Origin: a virus
DNA length: 64,000 bases
Reading direction: 5' to 3' (one strand)
IMG/VR virus record: IMGVR_UViG_3300045988_068528
Coordinates: 1 to 64,000 of that record
In this document: positions 26,415 to 35,614 of the stretch, piece after piece
Numbering within the stretch: the first letter of the stretch is position 1
Layout: every line of letters starts with the position of its first letter
Made by a program: the position numbers and the translations under genes
Notes under the pieces: generated by a model
Database searches by the model: none
The model's input: only the letters and a program-made list of their open reading frames with translations
Told to the model about the DNA's origin: nothing

Positions 26415-27119
26415 CTAGTGTGCAAGAAATCCTACCGCCTGGCCCTTGCCGATGGACCAGCATAGTCTGTCTTCCTTCAGGCATTCTGTGCAGTTTCCGG
26501 TACATAGACGTGTTCCTTCCGGAGCAGACGTTCCGCTCTCGAAGATAGGATGCGCTTCTGGAAAACCGTGGCGGTTGTCCATATTGAGACCAAGCCATCC
26601 GCTGAATAGGATGTGCATGTTCTCGGGAATGACGTTTCCATCATCGATGTACTCGTTACATACATCGAACATTTTGGTGAACGCCAGGAACTTGGCATCC
26701 TTATGCTTGCGAGCAATCTCGCACATCTTGTCAAGATACCATTTGTTCTGTATGTCGCCACCGATGTGGAATCTGAATGCTCTAGGGAATCTGTAGTCGA
26801 GATACCCGTCAATCTCCTTGAAGTATCGTTCGGGATCCTCGTGGTAGATTGCAGAGTTGATAGCTCTCGTCTTGATAACCTCTTTATAGATGAAGTCGTT
26901 GCGAAGGTCGTAGCAGCTCTTCGCACAGATTGCACAGTTGCCGCAATCCATGACCGGGATAAGTGACAACGAAGGGATTGCTCCCAACTTTGTATTACCA
27001 TCACTGATCTTGACGTGCAAGTCGCTGACGTTCTCTACTGCATCCTCATAAGCTGCCTGTGCCTTTGAAAGACGCGTCCTCATTCCTTCCTTACCTAATG
27101 TCCAGTAATTTCTACTCAT
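26415..27119 (-). CDS. Cys-rich protein resembling the phage GP88 family (putative Fe-S or metal-binding protein)
   Basis: It shows DCGNCAICAKSCY followed by FRFHIGGD and FLAFTK, plus a C-terminal CTGNCTEC. The resemblance is from memory. Confidence 0.5.
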   Translation of the reverse strand: MSRNYWTLGKEGMRTRLSKAQAAYEDAVENVSDLHVKISDGNTKLGAIPSLSLIPVMDCGNCAICAKSCYDLRNDFIYKEVIKTRAINSAIYHEDPERYFKEIDGYLDYRFPRAFRFHIGGDIQNKWYLDKMCEIARKHKDAKFLAFTKMFDVCNEYIDDGNVIPENMHILFSGWLGLNMDNRHGFPEAHPIFESGTSAPEGTRLCTGNCTECLKEDRLCWSIGKGQAVGFLAH

Positions 27120-27249
27120 AATCCTAATTTAATTGGTTAAACTTGGGGAACAAAAAACCGGCGTGTCTCACGACAGACCGGCTTGAACCATTTAAACAAA
27201 ATCTAGTTATGATAAGGAGTCAGCCGCTGCTAACGACTGACCTGTTTGG

Positions 27250-27678
27250 CTAATCTACGTCCTTTAGGACATTCCAGTTGAAAGTCACGATAGCCTCGTT
27301 GTCATCAAGTTCAAACGAGATGATGAGTTGCTGGCCTTTCCTCTGTTCATCGATGTACTGCTTGAATCTCGGGAATAAGGATGAGTGGATCATCTCAAAT
27401 GCGTTTCCTGTAAGATTCTTTACGATTGTACTGGTGAATAAATCGATGTCTTCGCAAGTTCGCAATATCTGAGGAATACATTTTGCCGTGACGACATTTT
27501 CCTTGATGGTTGCCATCACGGGGAGTCCGGCGATGAATCCGAGATACACATTTCCATTGAATGAATAGTTCTCGTCATCAAACATATTCTCTTTCCACCA
27601 GTCAAGCATAACATTCTTGTTATCTAGAGGTGCAGGAACAAGGGAATTCACATCGATTTTCTCTTTAATCTCTTTCAT
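27250..27678 (-). CDS. hypothetical protein (start at MKEIKEK)
   Basis: The track ORF is 27250-27684. ATG 27678 fits the cassette spacing better. Confidence 0.55.
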   Translation of the reverse strand: MKEIKEKIDVNSLVPAPLDNKNVMLDWWKENMFDDENYSFNGNVYLGFIAGLPVMATIKENVVTAKCIPQILRTCEDIDLFTSTIVKNLTGNAFEMIHSSLFPRFKQYIDEQRKGQQLIISFELDDNEAIVTFNWNVLKDVD

Positions 27679-27793
27679 AATCATTCATTTTTGGTTAGAC
27701 ATAGAATCGGTTACCGAATCAGTAACCGACTTTTGGCTAGAATGGCTCCCGGCTGGCGCCTTACTATAAAAGTTCGATCGGAGAGCTTTAGCT

Positions 27794-27835
27794 CGAAGGA
27801 TTACCTCCAGTGAATGCACTGGAGGAGATCCTTCG
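27794..27835. other. strong two-tier hairpin (8 + 9 bp) in a 150-nt gap downstream of the 27896-28954 gene
   Basis: CGAAGGAT..CCTCCAGTG-aatg-CACTGGAGG..ATCCTTCG. No U-tract follows on either strand. Confidence 0.5.
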
Positions 27836-27895
27836 TTGCAGAAGCTATCGTAAAACATCTTTGCCGGGCCACCATACTACAAGCGGCGAACCTTA

Positions 27896-28954
27896 CTACT
27901 TACTGGCGATTACCTTCTCGACCTTATCCTTATGCCACTCGTTAATCTTGCCCTGGATGTCGATATCGTTCTCTATAATGAGCTGCTTGAGAACACCGAG
28001 CATTCTCCAGCCCTGCTCATCATAGAGCTTTGCTTTAGACTCAAGCTCCTTCAACGAGTTGGCCTCTGACATCTTCCGTCCGTTTTTCCAGAATCTGGCT
28101 CCGTGGAACATAATGAGGTTTCTCATCGTGTAGTAGGAACCAGAACCTTTGTAGGCATTGATGAAAGCATCTGATTGCTTGGTTTCCCATGCGAGATGCT
28201 TGCGCTTCTTGTTGAACTTGTGAACTGCATCATAGAGCTGCTTGTATGTAGGGACAGCCGCCATCTCGTTAGCAATCTCTCTGAGAGGTGTGTAGACTTT
28301 CTTTTCCAAGTCGCTGACAAAGATATCCTTGTTCTGAAGACGTACGTAAGGATTACCCTTGCAGGTGTGCTTGAAAGATTTCGTCTTCTTTCCGTCCTTG
28401 TCTTTCTTCCAGATAAGATTGTCATCCACGTACTTGCGGAGCTTGCTGATGTAGTCAGTAGCCATGTTGCTGGCAACGTCTCCGCTAAACCATCGGCTTC
28501 TAGAACCGACATTATCAAAGTCTCCGTGCTCAGACATCTTTACCTGAGCATAGAGTTCGTTCTCCAACATGCGCCACTGGTACTCGTAGCCCTTGTGCTG
28601 TAACACCTCGTTGAATGACTTGCCGTCCTTCTCCATGTCTCGCAACATGTGGAACATCTGCGACATCACCCAGCGGCGGAACAACTTCCAGTTGTTTACG
28701 TATCCACCCTCGACAATCTTCTTGCCTACCGCATCGATGGTTGCATCGTCCATGTCTACAGGAACCGCTGCACCATTCTCGATCTTGATAAGCTGGTCAT
28801 TTCCGAGAGGGAAGTACTTGCTCACGTCAACACCTGCTGCCTTCAGAGCTTCGAGACGCATCTGTGCCTTGGTCTTCTTGGTAGCTGCTGTAGCCTCTAC
28901 ATTGCTAGTTACGATGTTCAAGTTTTCTCCAGTGATTGTTACAATCTGCTTCAT
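27896..28954 (-). CDS. hypothetical protein
   Basis: 352-aa ORF. Confidence 0.65.
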   Translation of the reverse strand: MKQIVTITGENLNIVTSNVEATAATKKTKAQMRLEALKAAGVDVSKYFPLGNDQLIKIENGAAVPVDMDDATIDAVGKKIVEGGYVNNWKLFRRWVMSQMFHMLRDMEKDGKSFNEVLQHKGYEYQWRMLENELYAQVKMSEHGDFDNVGSRSRWFSGDVASNMATDYISKLRKYVDDNLIWKKDKDGKKTKSFKHTCKGNPYVRLQNKDIFVSDLEKKVYTPLREIANEMAAVPTYKQLYDAVHKFNKKRKHLAWETKQSDAFINAYKGSGSYYTMRNLIMFHGARFWKNGRKMSEANSLKELESKAKLYDEQGWRMLGVLKQLIIENDIDIQGKINEWHKDKVEKVIASK

Positions 28955-29010
28955 AAATTCTATTATTTTAATTGGTTACTAAAAATTTATTTAACTCTAG
29001 TGGATGAGGC

Positions 29011-29463
29011 TTACGCCCCACCCTTGTTTGGCTCAATCCAGTCTCTAAGGATAATCAGGTCCTTGTCGTTCTTGGAACGCCAGAACCACGTTCCCCATGA
29101 GTTATCCCACCAGAGGTTGCCTTTGAGTAGCTGAATCAGTACGTACAGCTCCAGCTTGCATCTCGCTACCTCTCGTCGCTCTCCGTACATCATATCTTCG
29201 TCTGAGAGCTCTTTCTCGGGCAAGGCCTTGAAGTAGTGCCGGCGATGTGATTCGGAGCGTTCTGACGGTACAGAATGCTTGTACGCTGCGTATCTCTGCT
29301 CGATGCCAACAAACACAACCTCGGGTGTAAGGTAAGGCGTGTCCTTCGGCTTGTCTTCCTCGGACATTACTACCTTGCCATTTACACGGCATGTTCTCTT
29401 CTGAAAGTTGATGGTGAACTTAGCACCATTCTCAACTGAATTGATGATTTCTTCGTATGTCAT
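29011..29463 (-). CDS. hypothetical protein
   Basis: 150-aa ORF. Confidence 0.6.
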   Translation of the reverse strand: MTYEEIINSVENGAKFTINFQKRTCRVNGKVVMSEEDKPKDTPYLTPEVVFVGIEQRYAAYKHSVPSERSESHRRHYFKALPEKELSDEDMMYGERREVARCKLELYVLIQLLKGNLWWDNSWGTWFWRSKNDKDLIILRDWIEPNKGGA

Positions 29464-30808
29464 ATTCTTAAAATATTGGTTAATAGTAGTGCGCTCAGAG
29501 AATCTGTTGCGTAACTATATGCTTTTGATATGTACAGTATTATAGTCCTGAGACTCCTGGATATAATCCAGTGATTCTCAGGATGCTGAATACTGTATTT
29601 ACAATCGATTCTCCTTGCGCACCATTCGGCTCGCAATAACCTAGTCTGGCTCAACCTGACACGTTGCATTGCTTTAAGCTTTCGATTAAGGGCATGTCAT
29701 TGTTATGAAGCCAACATCCAGGAAGCGAATGCTTCCCCATCCTTGGCTTCAGAATCAATGAAACGCTAGATGAACTCTCAGAACTTGCCAGACATCGCTG
29801 CAATGCGCATGACTTATCTCATGTATTATGTTGCATGGATATATGTTCGTGATTCGACCCCGTGTTTGGATACGGCCGTCGGTACAGATATGTATCGACG
29901 GCGGTATTCCACTCACGTGGTATTAAACCTCATACTCTTGATAAGTCGTGATGCAATTCACTTTGGTTGTGGCAGGTACACTTATAGGTCTGTTGCCTAC
30001 CTCTATCTTGACGATTGAGGGATCTTGCAATACGCGAGATTGCTGGTATCACCAGCCATATCGCGTTGATACAGAGATCGCGACATAAAGAATCCCTCCT
30101 CGTGTACCTCGTTTGGCAATAACGTTGTCTTCATCTGAGAACGTGACACGTAGCTGTAGCAGCTTGATCTGAGGGATGTTAACCCGCCGGATGACGCTGT
30201 GGATTCACAGCATTAGCCGGCGAGCACAACATCACTCGTAAATTAACTCCCCTCTGAAGACTACCCTCGTGCTCGGGTAGTTCCCTGACCGATGGCTCGG
30301 CACAATACTTTATGTTTCTGATTTGACACAGGATTCGCCAGAATTCAGGATCCGGGTCACCGCTCATAGTTATGACGGTTACCAGGATCCGGACTTCTGG
30401 TTAAGAGACCTGTTGCGTAAACATTGCCATCCGTCAGGGATTGGTGGTGTGCGCCACCGGTGGAAGTAATACGGACTGGCACATTTCTGTACTTCATTGA
30501 TGAGCTACGCCTTGTGCGTCATACGAAGGGCCCGAGGTGTCTCAAGTTGTAAACTTGGATAACTTGGTCCCTTCAGATGATGTTATAGAGGCGTCGCCTG
30601 AATCTGTCCGTCCTTCTCCTACGTCCGTGTGCTCGGTTACAGAGTCTGCCGGTCAGAAGATACTGCGCATAGCTATATCAGTTCGATAGTATCCTGGTCG
30701 AGAGGATCGCAGGACCATCTCTGATTCAGAGATAGGTCCGCGATCTTCGAGACCGGATGTTTAAAACATTCTTCTTCATCCCGGCAGTTCCTTGCGCTAG
30801 GTGCTAAT
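29464..30808. ncRNA. 1.3-kb ORF-free, GC-enriched, hairpin-dense region adjacent to the RT gene; candidate large structured RNA or cDNA template. Strand unresolved; G-T positions mostly favour the plus strand.
   Basis: More than 20 local stem-loops were identified by hand. Examples are 29533-29597, 29710-29750, 29875-29902, 30019-30100, 30185-30222, 30328-30400, 30440-30461 and 30691-30758. Only two short, implausible ORFs are present. Confidence 0.5.
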
Positions 30809-32074
30809 CTATAGAGTATTCACCAATGTGTTGTACGCTGCCCTGCTCGTTCGCAAGGCATTCTGAGCACAACCTATCGATAGATATCCCTTGATTTCGC
30901 TCTCTGTCTTACTCCTGTTGGCTTTCACGTTTCTGCCACGACCTCGGTCTATGCAACCTACAGCCTGAGTCTTCACGTATCCGAGACCACCAACCTTACT
31001 CTTGCCTGTCTTGACCGCACGGATGCAGTCCATAACGAATGCGTTGAGCTTGTCGATGTCCTCTTTCACGTTTATGACCGGAAGAACCTGAGTAGCCCAG
31101 GAATAATCGCAGTACCCCTTGTAGAGATATCTGTTTACTGCATTGATGGCTTTCGTCATCGTGGTGTCACGCTTCTTTATCGTCCTTTTCTCAATCTCCT
31201 TTTGAAAGGTCTTGATACGTGTGGACGACAGGGAGATATTGTGACCCTTGATGGAATATCCCAAGAACTTGAACCAGTGATTAGCGTCAAGATACTCAAC
31301 CTTCTTCGGATTGAGCGTCATCTGCATCATCTCCAGCTCGCTCTTCATGATATCCATGGCTTTCTCATAGTCTTCACCAACAAACAGCGTATCATCGGAA
31401 TAGCGGACGTAATATCCGTTAAGCCTAGATAGCTTGTCGTCAAGATGATAGAGAATGACATCAGCCAGCCACGCAGCAACAGAGCATCCCTGCTTGAGGG
31501 ACTGATACTTCTCGCAGAGGTTGTTGTCCTCATCAAAATAGATATCCGTGTGATAGTAGTCACGAATGACGTCTATCAGCGCAGACTTTCCGTACTTCTC
31601 CTCTACCTTGTCAAATGCCCAGTCGATGAACCGAATAGGCACAGAATCAAAGTACTTAGAGAAGTCACCTTTCCACCCGATGATTTTTCCCTCTGCCGAG
31701 TATATTATCCGAGACACTTCCTGCACCACACAACCGCAGCCGATACCTTTCTGGTACGACGTGCAGCGTGGATGCACCATCTCTGGCATCAGCTCGAACA
31801 GGAGGTCGTTGGCGATGCTCAAGAGGATTCTGTCCACAGCCTCATTCACATAGACTGTACGGAAATCTCCGTTGTCTTTAGGAATCTTGGCTGTATGAGG
31901 CGGCATTATCTTGTAATTGCCGCTCTTGATTCTCTGATACATAGCCAGACGAGCCTTTGGCTCTGTCAGCTGATACATTACTGCTTTGTTCATGTCCTTG
32001 AACAAGCCTTTTTCAATGGCATACTGCCATCTGGCTTTCTCGAAGAACATCTCTAGGATTCTGTCTTCATTCAT
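30809..32074 (-). CDS. reverse transcriptase (RNA-directed DNA polymerase), 421 aa
   Basis: RT motifs are present: FRTVYVNEAVDRIL (motifs 1-2), GDFSKYFDSV (motif A), LKQGCSVAAWLADV (motif B-like), YVRYSDDTLFVG (YxDD) and FKFLGYSI. Confidence 0.9.
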   Translation of the reverse strand: MNEDRILEMFFEKARWQYAIEKGLFKDMNKAVMYQLTEPKARLAMYQRIKSGNYKIMPPHTAKIPKDNGDFRTVYVNEAVDRILLSIANDLLFELMPEMVHPRCTSYQKGIGCGCVVQEVSRIIYSAEGKIIGWKGDFSKYFDSVPIRFIDWAFDKVEEKYGKSALIDVIRDYYHTDIYFDEDNNLCEKYQSLKQGCSVAAWLADVILYHLDDKLSRLNGYYVRYSDDTLFVGEDYEKAMDIMKSELEMMQMTLNPKKVEYLDANHWFKFLGYSIKGHNISLSSTRIKTFQKEIEKRTIKKRDTTMTKAINAVNRYLYKGYCDYSWATQVLPVINVKEDIDKLNAFVMDCIRAVKTGKSKVGGLGYVKTQAVGCIDRGRGRNVKANRSKTESEIKGYLSIGCAQNALRTSRAAYNTLVNTL

Positions 32075-32106
32075 AATTCTTATGTTTTGGTTATTGTGCG
32101 CAGTCC

Positions 32107-32286
32107 TTAGCTGCGCTTTTTAGGCAATGTTATTTCATCGCAGGGAAAACACTGGTCTATAGGCCACCAGAACTCGTTATCAATCCCTGCGAATCCTCTT
32201 TCCTCTGAAACGTGAGTCACAACGTGTTCCTTTGATTGAGAATGTATGTCACAGTACACTCTCGTTCCTACCTCATTTTTTTTCAT
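32107..32286 (-). CDS. small hypothetical protein (59 aa)
   Basis: Hand translation gives MKKNEVGTRVYCDIHSQSKEH... It is flanked by cassettes and is just under the track cutoff. Confidence 0.45.
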   Translation of the reverse strand: MKKNEVGTRVYCDIHSQSKEHVVTHVSEERGFAGIDNEFWWPIDQCFPCDEITLPKKRS

Positions 32287-32334
32287 ATCTATAATGTTTT
32301 GGTTATTGGTAGGGAGATTACTCTCCCCGTTTGG

Positions 32335-32562
32335 CTAGTCGATGTGCTGATAAGTCTCGCCGTAATCTTTCTCGTAATCTGCGTAGAACTGCTGGTCAGA
32401 TTCAACTTGCACCTGTTCTCCTATAAAATCGTCTGAGTCGAGAACGATTTCGCAGTTATTGTAGGCATCGTTCACTGCACTCACTGCCTCAGCCTCACTC
32501 TCGGCATCAACGCTCACTACCTTGTTTAAAGTCTCTGTGACTGATACGTAATATCTCTTCAT
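32335..32562 (-). CDS. acidic small hypothetical protein (start at MKRYYVS)
   Basis: The cassette AGAATTATG context lies at 32562. Confidence 0.55.
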   Translation of the reverse strand: MKRYYVSVTETLNKVVSVDAESEAEAVSAVNDAYNNCEIVLDSDDFIGEQVQVESDQQFYADYEKDYGETYQHID

Positions 32563-32590
32563 AATTCTTGTAATTTTGGTTAATATTGTT

Positions 32591-32633
32591 CCGTGTCGGG
32601 TCTCGAACCCGATGTGCGCCTGGTCGCTCACGG
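32591..32633 (-). other. tRNA-like acceptor/T-arm minihelix occupying the hairpin slot of one cassette
   Basis: The minus sense reads CCGTG-(16 nt)-TCGGG-TTCGAGA-CCCGA-CACGG. Confidence 0.45.
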
Positions 32634-32643
32634 ATGATAGATG

Positions 32644-33051
32644 TTAGAGTCTCTTGAGAGCAGCTTCGATGTCTGCGACTTTTTTGTCCTCAATCTTCGA
32701 TATTTCTTGTAATATCTCGTCCAAGTGAGTAACAAAACTAAGTGCATCTACTACGCGGCCAACCTTCACATTAAGGTCACCAGCATGTATGTCGCATATA
32801 CCAAACTCTTGCAACAAATAGTAAATGGTGCCACTCTTTCGCGCAAGAAGAGTGCGTTTAACACAACTTATTTGCACGGTAATAACGCTGAAGGTAATAC
32901 CACAGCGAGGGATGAATATTTCTGTCATGTCAAGCTCAATGAGCTTATCGCATATAGCTTTCGCCAGTTCCTCGCACTTTTTTTTCAGTTCTTGAGACTT
33001 GTGTGCGTAATCGTCACGTCCAAGTACTTTCCACATTTCTTTTTTCTCCAT
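32644..33051 (-). CDS. hypothetical protein (start at MEKKEMW)
   Basis: Cassette context. Confidence 0.55.
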   Translation of the reverse strand: MEKKEMWKVLGRDDYAHKSQELKKKCEELAKAICDKLIELDMTEIFIPRCGITFSVITVQISCVKRTLLARKSGTIYYLLQEFGICDIHAGDLNVKVGRVVDALSFVTHLDEILQEISKIEDKKVADIEAALKRL

Positions 33052-33104
33052 AATTCTTAATAATTTATTGGTTAATAATGCCAGAGGGATTGCTCCCTCC
33101 GTTT

Positions 33105-33362
33105 TTAGGCTAATGCGTTCAATGCTCTGTGTGCGTTGTATGCGACAGGATTGTTGTATTTTGCCCTCTCCCACTTTTTGCGCTCACAAACTTTCAGGCA
33201 ATACTCATGTGCTATATTCTCTGATAGTGCATCGAACGTGTTGTGTGTAATATCTGATGGCTTACCGAAATAAACTCTGTAACCATCCCTGTAGCATACT
33301 ATACGTCTGCCAAGCCTGTAGATTGTTCTACTGCCTTTCTCTACAAATGTAATTCTTTCCAT
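33105..33362 (-). CDS. hypothetical protein (start at MERITFV)
   Basis: Cassette context. Confidence 0.55.
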   Translation of the reverse strand: MERITFVEKGSRTIYRLGRRIVCYRDGYRVYFGKPSDITHNTFDALSENIAHEYCLKVCERKKWERAKYNNPVAYNAHRALNALA

Positions 33363-33409
33363 AATTCTCTGTATTTGGTTATTGGTAGGTAGCCAACTGG
33401 CTACCAATT

Positions 33410-33742
33410 TTAGGCTTCGCTCCATGCTTTCCACGCTTCATTCGTGTTCTTGGTGATTGCCTCGTTCCAAAGCTTCTCCATGTTGTAGAAAATTTCCTGA
33501 AATGCTTTAGGGGTATCCTTCGGATCAATCTTCTTGCCGAAATACGGGCGTCCACATCTTCGTTCGTCGTGCTCCCAGATGCACCGTATCATTCCCGTCT
33601 CCGTTGGAGTGCATCCGAGGAATGTTCCCATTGTACCGCATGTCTTTTCTCTAAGCCACTTCGGATAAGGAACGTAGATTGTCCACGCATCCACGCAGTC
33701 ACGGAACTTCTTTCTTGTGTCGTGATAAAGTTTCAATTTCAT
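33410..33742 (-). CDS. hypothetical protein (start at MKLKLYH)
   Basis: Cassette context. The longer track ORF overlaps the upstream gene. Confidence 0.55.
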   Translation of the reverse strand: MKLKLYHDTRKKFRDCVDAWTIYVPYPKWLREKTCGTMGTFLGCTPTETGMIRCIWEHDERRCGRPYFGKKIDPKDTPKAFQEIFYNMEKLWNEAITKNTNEAWKAWSEA

Positions 33743-33791
33743 AATTCTTTGTAATTTGGTTAATGGAAGAGGAGCATGCAAGCTCCCCTTG

Positions 33792-34646
33792 TTAGGCTGC
33801 ATCTTTCGGCTGTAAGCCGTGTTCTTTGATAACCTCTTCGATGAGGCCATCAGCATCTTCGAAGTACTCTCCCCAGCAGGAATCAATCTCCTCCCAGTCG
33901 TAGGAGTCAGAAGTGTCTCCGTCGTCGTACATTTTAGTGTAATGACGCTTCTTTTCAAGGACAAATCCTTTTACGTCACCCCACATCCATATACCAATAT
34001 CCTTGACTTCGCTCTCAAACAGCTCGATGGCACGATTCTTCCAGTTCTTGGTATTCGTATCCACCATCTTCTTGAAGCGCTCTTTGTCACAATAGGCAAC
34101 ACCTTCTACGTAGTCTCCCTGGCAGTATCCTGTGGAAGACCACTCGTATATCACGATTTCGTAAGCTATGTCATCAAGCAGCCAGATCAAGTCCTCGTTG
34201 TTCATAGGCTCAATCATCTCTGCTCTCATGTCATAGTTCTTGATTTCGTCAGGAGTGAACTCTACCGAAGTCTTGTACGCCTCTCTGCTGTAGTAATAAT
34301 CAAGTTCCCATACATGAGAGCTTCTATCATACGATAATTTAGCAGAGCGGTGCTTGTTGCTCTTCAGATATTTTACAAGACGATTCTGCGGAACATACTT
34401 GTATACAAGCTCACGGAGAGCATCCTGCAAGCTGTGGTCGTTTGTGTCGTATTTTCTATCATATATTTCATCCCAGTTGCAGCCGTTACTTAATCTTCCA
34501 CTACCACAACTGGTATACTCCCAAAGATACACACCTGCCAAATCCCATGCAGAGCAAGGCGATTCAGCATCCTCATCCTGGTAAATGGTGATTCTGTAAT
34601 CACCGATTTCCTTCTTTGCAAATTCGTAACTCATATCTAATATCAT
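33792..34646 (-). CDS. acidic hypothetical protein
   Basis: 284-aa ORF. Confidence 0.6.
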   Translation of the reverse strand: MILDMSYEFAKKEIGDYRITIYQDEDAESPCSAWDLAGVYLWEYTSCGSGRLSNGCNWDEIYDRKYDTNDHSLQDALRELVYKYVPQNRLVKYLKSNKHRSAKLSYDRSSHVWELDYYYSREAYKTSVEFTPDEIKNYDMRAEMIEPMNNEDLIWLLDDIAYEIVIYEWSSTGYCQGDYVEGVAYCDKERFKKMVDTNTKNWKNRAIELFESEVKDIGIWMWGDVKGFVLEKKRHYTKMYDDGDTSDSYDWEEIDSCWGEYFEDADGLIEEVIKEHGLQPKDAA

Positions 34647-34689
34647 TTAAATGGTTTAACATTGAATATCCCCATGCTAGGGGATATTT

Positions 34690-35259
34690 TTAGGCTAATG
34701 TTTCCTCAAGAAGAGAATCATACTCTTCCTCTGTAACACCAAGATCGTCAGCGCTCATCACCTGTTTAAGCATCCAAGGATAAACTTTCTGCTTTCCCTC
34801 GCGCTCGGCAATATACTCGTCTATTGCGCACACGATATCAAGGTCTGATGATATATCGACATCACATCTATCTGGCACATCTGAGAATCCTCTCGTAACT
34901 GGAAACTCAAATGAGAATCCCTCTGCAATATCAGGCATAGGAATATCGGAATCAGGATTCTGTTTCCATGCGTTGAAAACCGAGGCATATTCTTTCTGCC
35001 ACTTGCAATACTCTTCGTAATCGTATGCGTGAGCCGTCACGTGACCATTCTCCTCGCTGATTGTCAATTCTACAGCATAAGGGAAATCGGTTGAATAATA
35101 CGGCTTACAGAAAGCGCGACTTGAATACATACACTTGAATGTGTCAATCCAATCACACACTTTGCAATCTATATCGGTCTTGTCCTCTATAGAATCTGCA
35201 TACTCATTAATCTCCTTGACTGTAAGCTTGTACTGAATCTTGTAAAATAGCTTTTCCAT
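34690..35259 (-). CDS. acidic hypothetical protein
   Basis: 189-aa ORF. Confidence 0.6.
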   Translation of the reverse strand: MEKLFYKIQYKLTVKEINEYADSIEDKTDIDCKVCDWIDTFKCMYSSRAFCKPYYSTDFPYAVELTISEENGHVTAHAYDYEEYCKWQKEYASVFNAWKQNPDSDIPMPDIAEGFSFEFPVTRGFSDVPDRCDVDISSDLDIVCAIDEYIAEREGKQKVYPWMLKQVMSADDLGVTEEEYDSLLEETLA

Positions 35260-35311
35260 AATTCATCTGTTTAATGGTTCATAATGGTTCCCCACATTAT
35301 CGTGGGGAGTT

Positions 35312-35551
35312 TTAGGCAGAAACAACGAAACTCCAATAGGTTTTGTAGAAATACTTGTACGCTTCAAGCTCGTCCGTCTCTGGAACTTCTGATATTTCAA
35401 GCTTTCCGGTGTCCTTGCGTAAGTCGGCAACGGAAAATAAACCGTCGTGCGTCCACTTGATAAGATCCACACGTCTTGCTGAATTCTCTACAGACTCGAC
35501 GATTTCACACTTCAGCAAATCGTCATTCAAAATTTTCTCTAAGTCACTCAT
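35312..35551 (-). CDS. small hypothetical protein (start at MSDLEKI)
   Basis: Cassette context. Confidence 0.55.
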   Translation of the reverse strand: MSDLEKILNDDLLKCEIVESVENSARRVDLIKWTHDGLFSVADLRKDTGKLEISEVPETDELEAYKYFYKTYWSFVVSA

Positions 35552-35614
35552 AATTCTGTAATCTTTGGTTAATAGAAATCCCAATTCCTGCTACAGAATT
35601 GGGAAATGTTTGGC

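Noticed and set aside
27747-27859. Possible small ORF in the 150-nt gap after the 27896-28954 gene.
   Set aside because: The only ATG-initiated frame runs through the strong 27794-27835 hairpin and the next cassette before stopping. No cassette-type start context is present.
29503-30420. Direct repeat CTGTTGCGTAA at 29503 and 30409 as element boundaries or a template repeat.
   Set aside because: Only 11 nt match, with no extension on either side. A chance match of this length within 1.3 kb is not unlikely.
30543-30558. GNRA tetraloop hairpin as evidence for plus-strand RNA.
   Set aside because: On recounting, the sequence is CAAGTT-GTA-AACTTG, which is a triloop rather than a GTAA tetraloop. 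It carries no strand information.
29464-32074. Diversity-generating retroelement (DGR).
   Set aside because: The RT has KYFDS and RY-x-DD features reminiscent of DGR enzymes, but it lacks the (I/L)GxxxSQ motif. No Avd-like gene is adjacent, and the neighbouring non-coding region is not A/AAC-rich. I could not find a template/variable repeat pair by eye. The hypothesis is not fully excluded, because tail-fibre genes lie outside the window.
29464-32335. Group II intron or classical retron.
   Set aside because: Only about 260 nt lie upstream of the RT start, so there is no room for intron domains I-III. The 1.3-kb structured part is downstream. The RT lacks the PQG...SP motif and the maturase/En or retron VTG-type regions. 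Retron msr-msd normally lies upstream and is much shorter.
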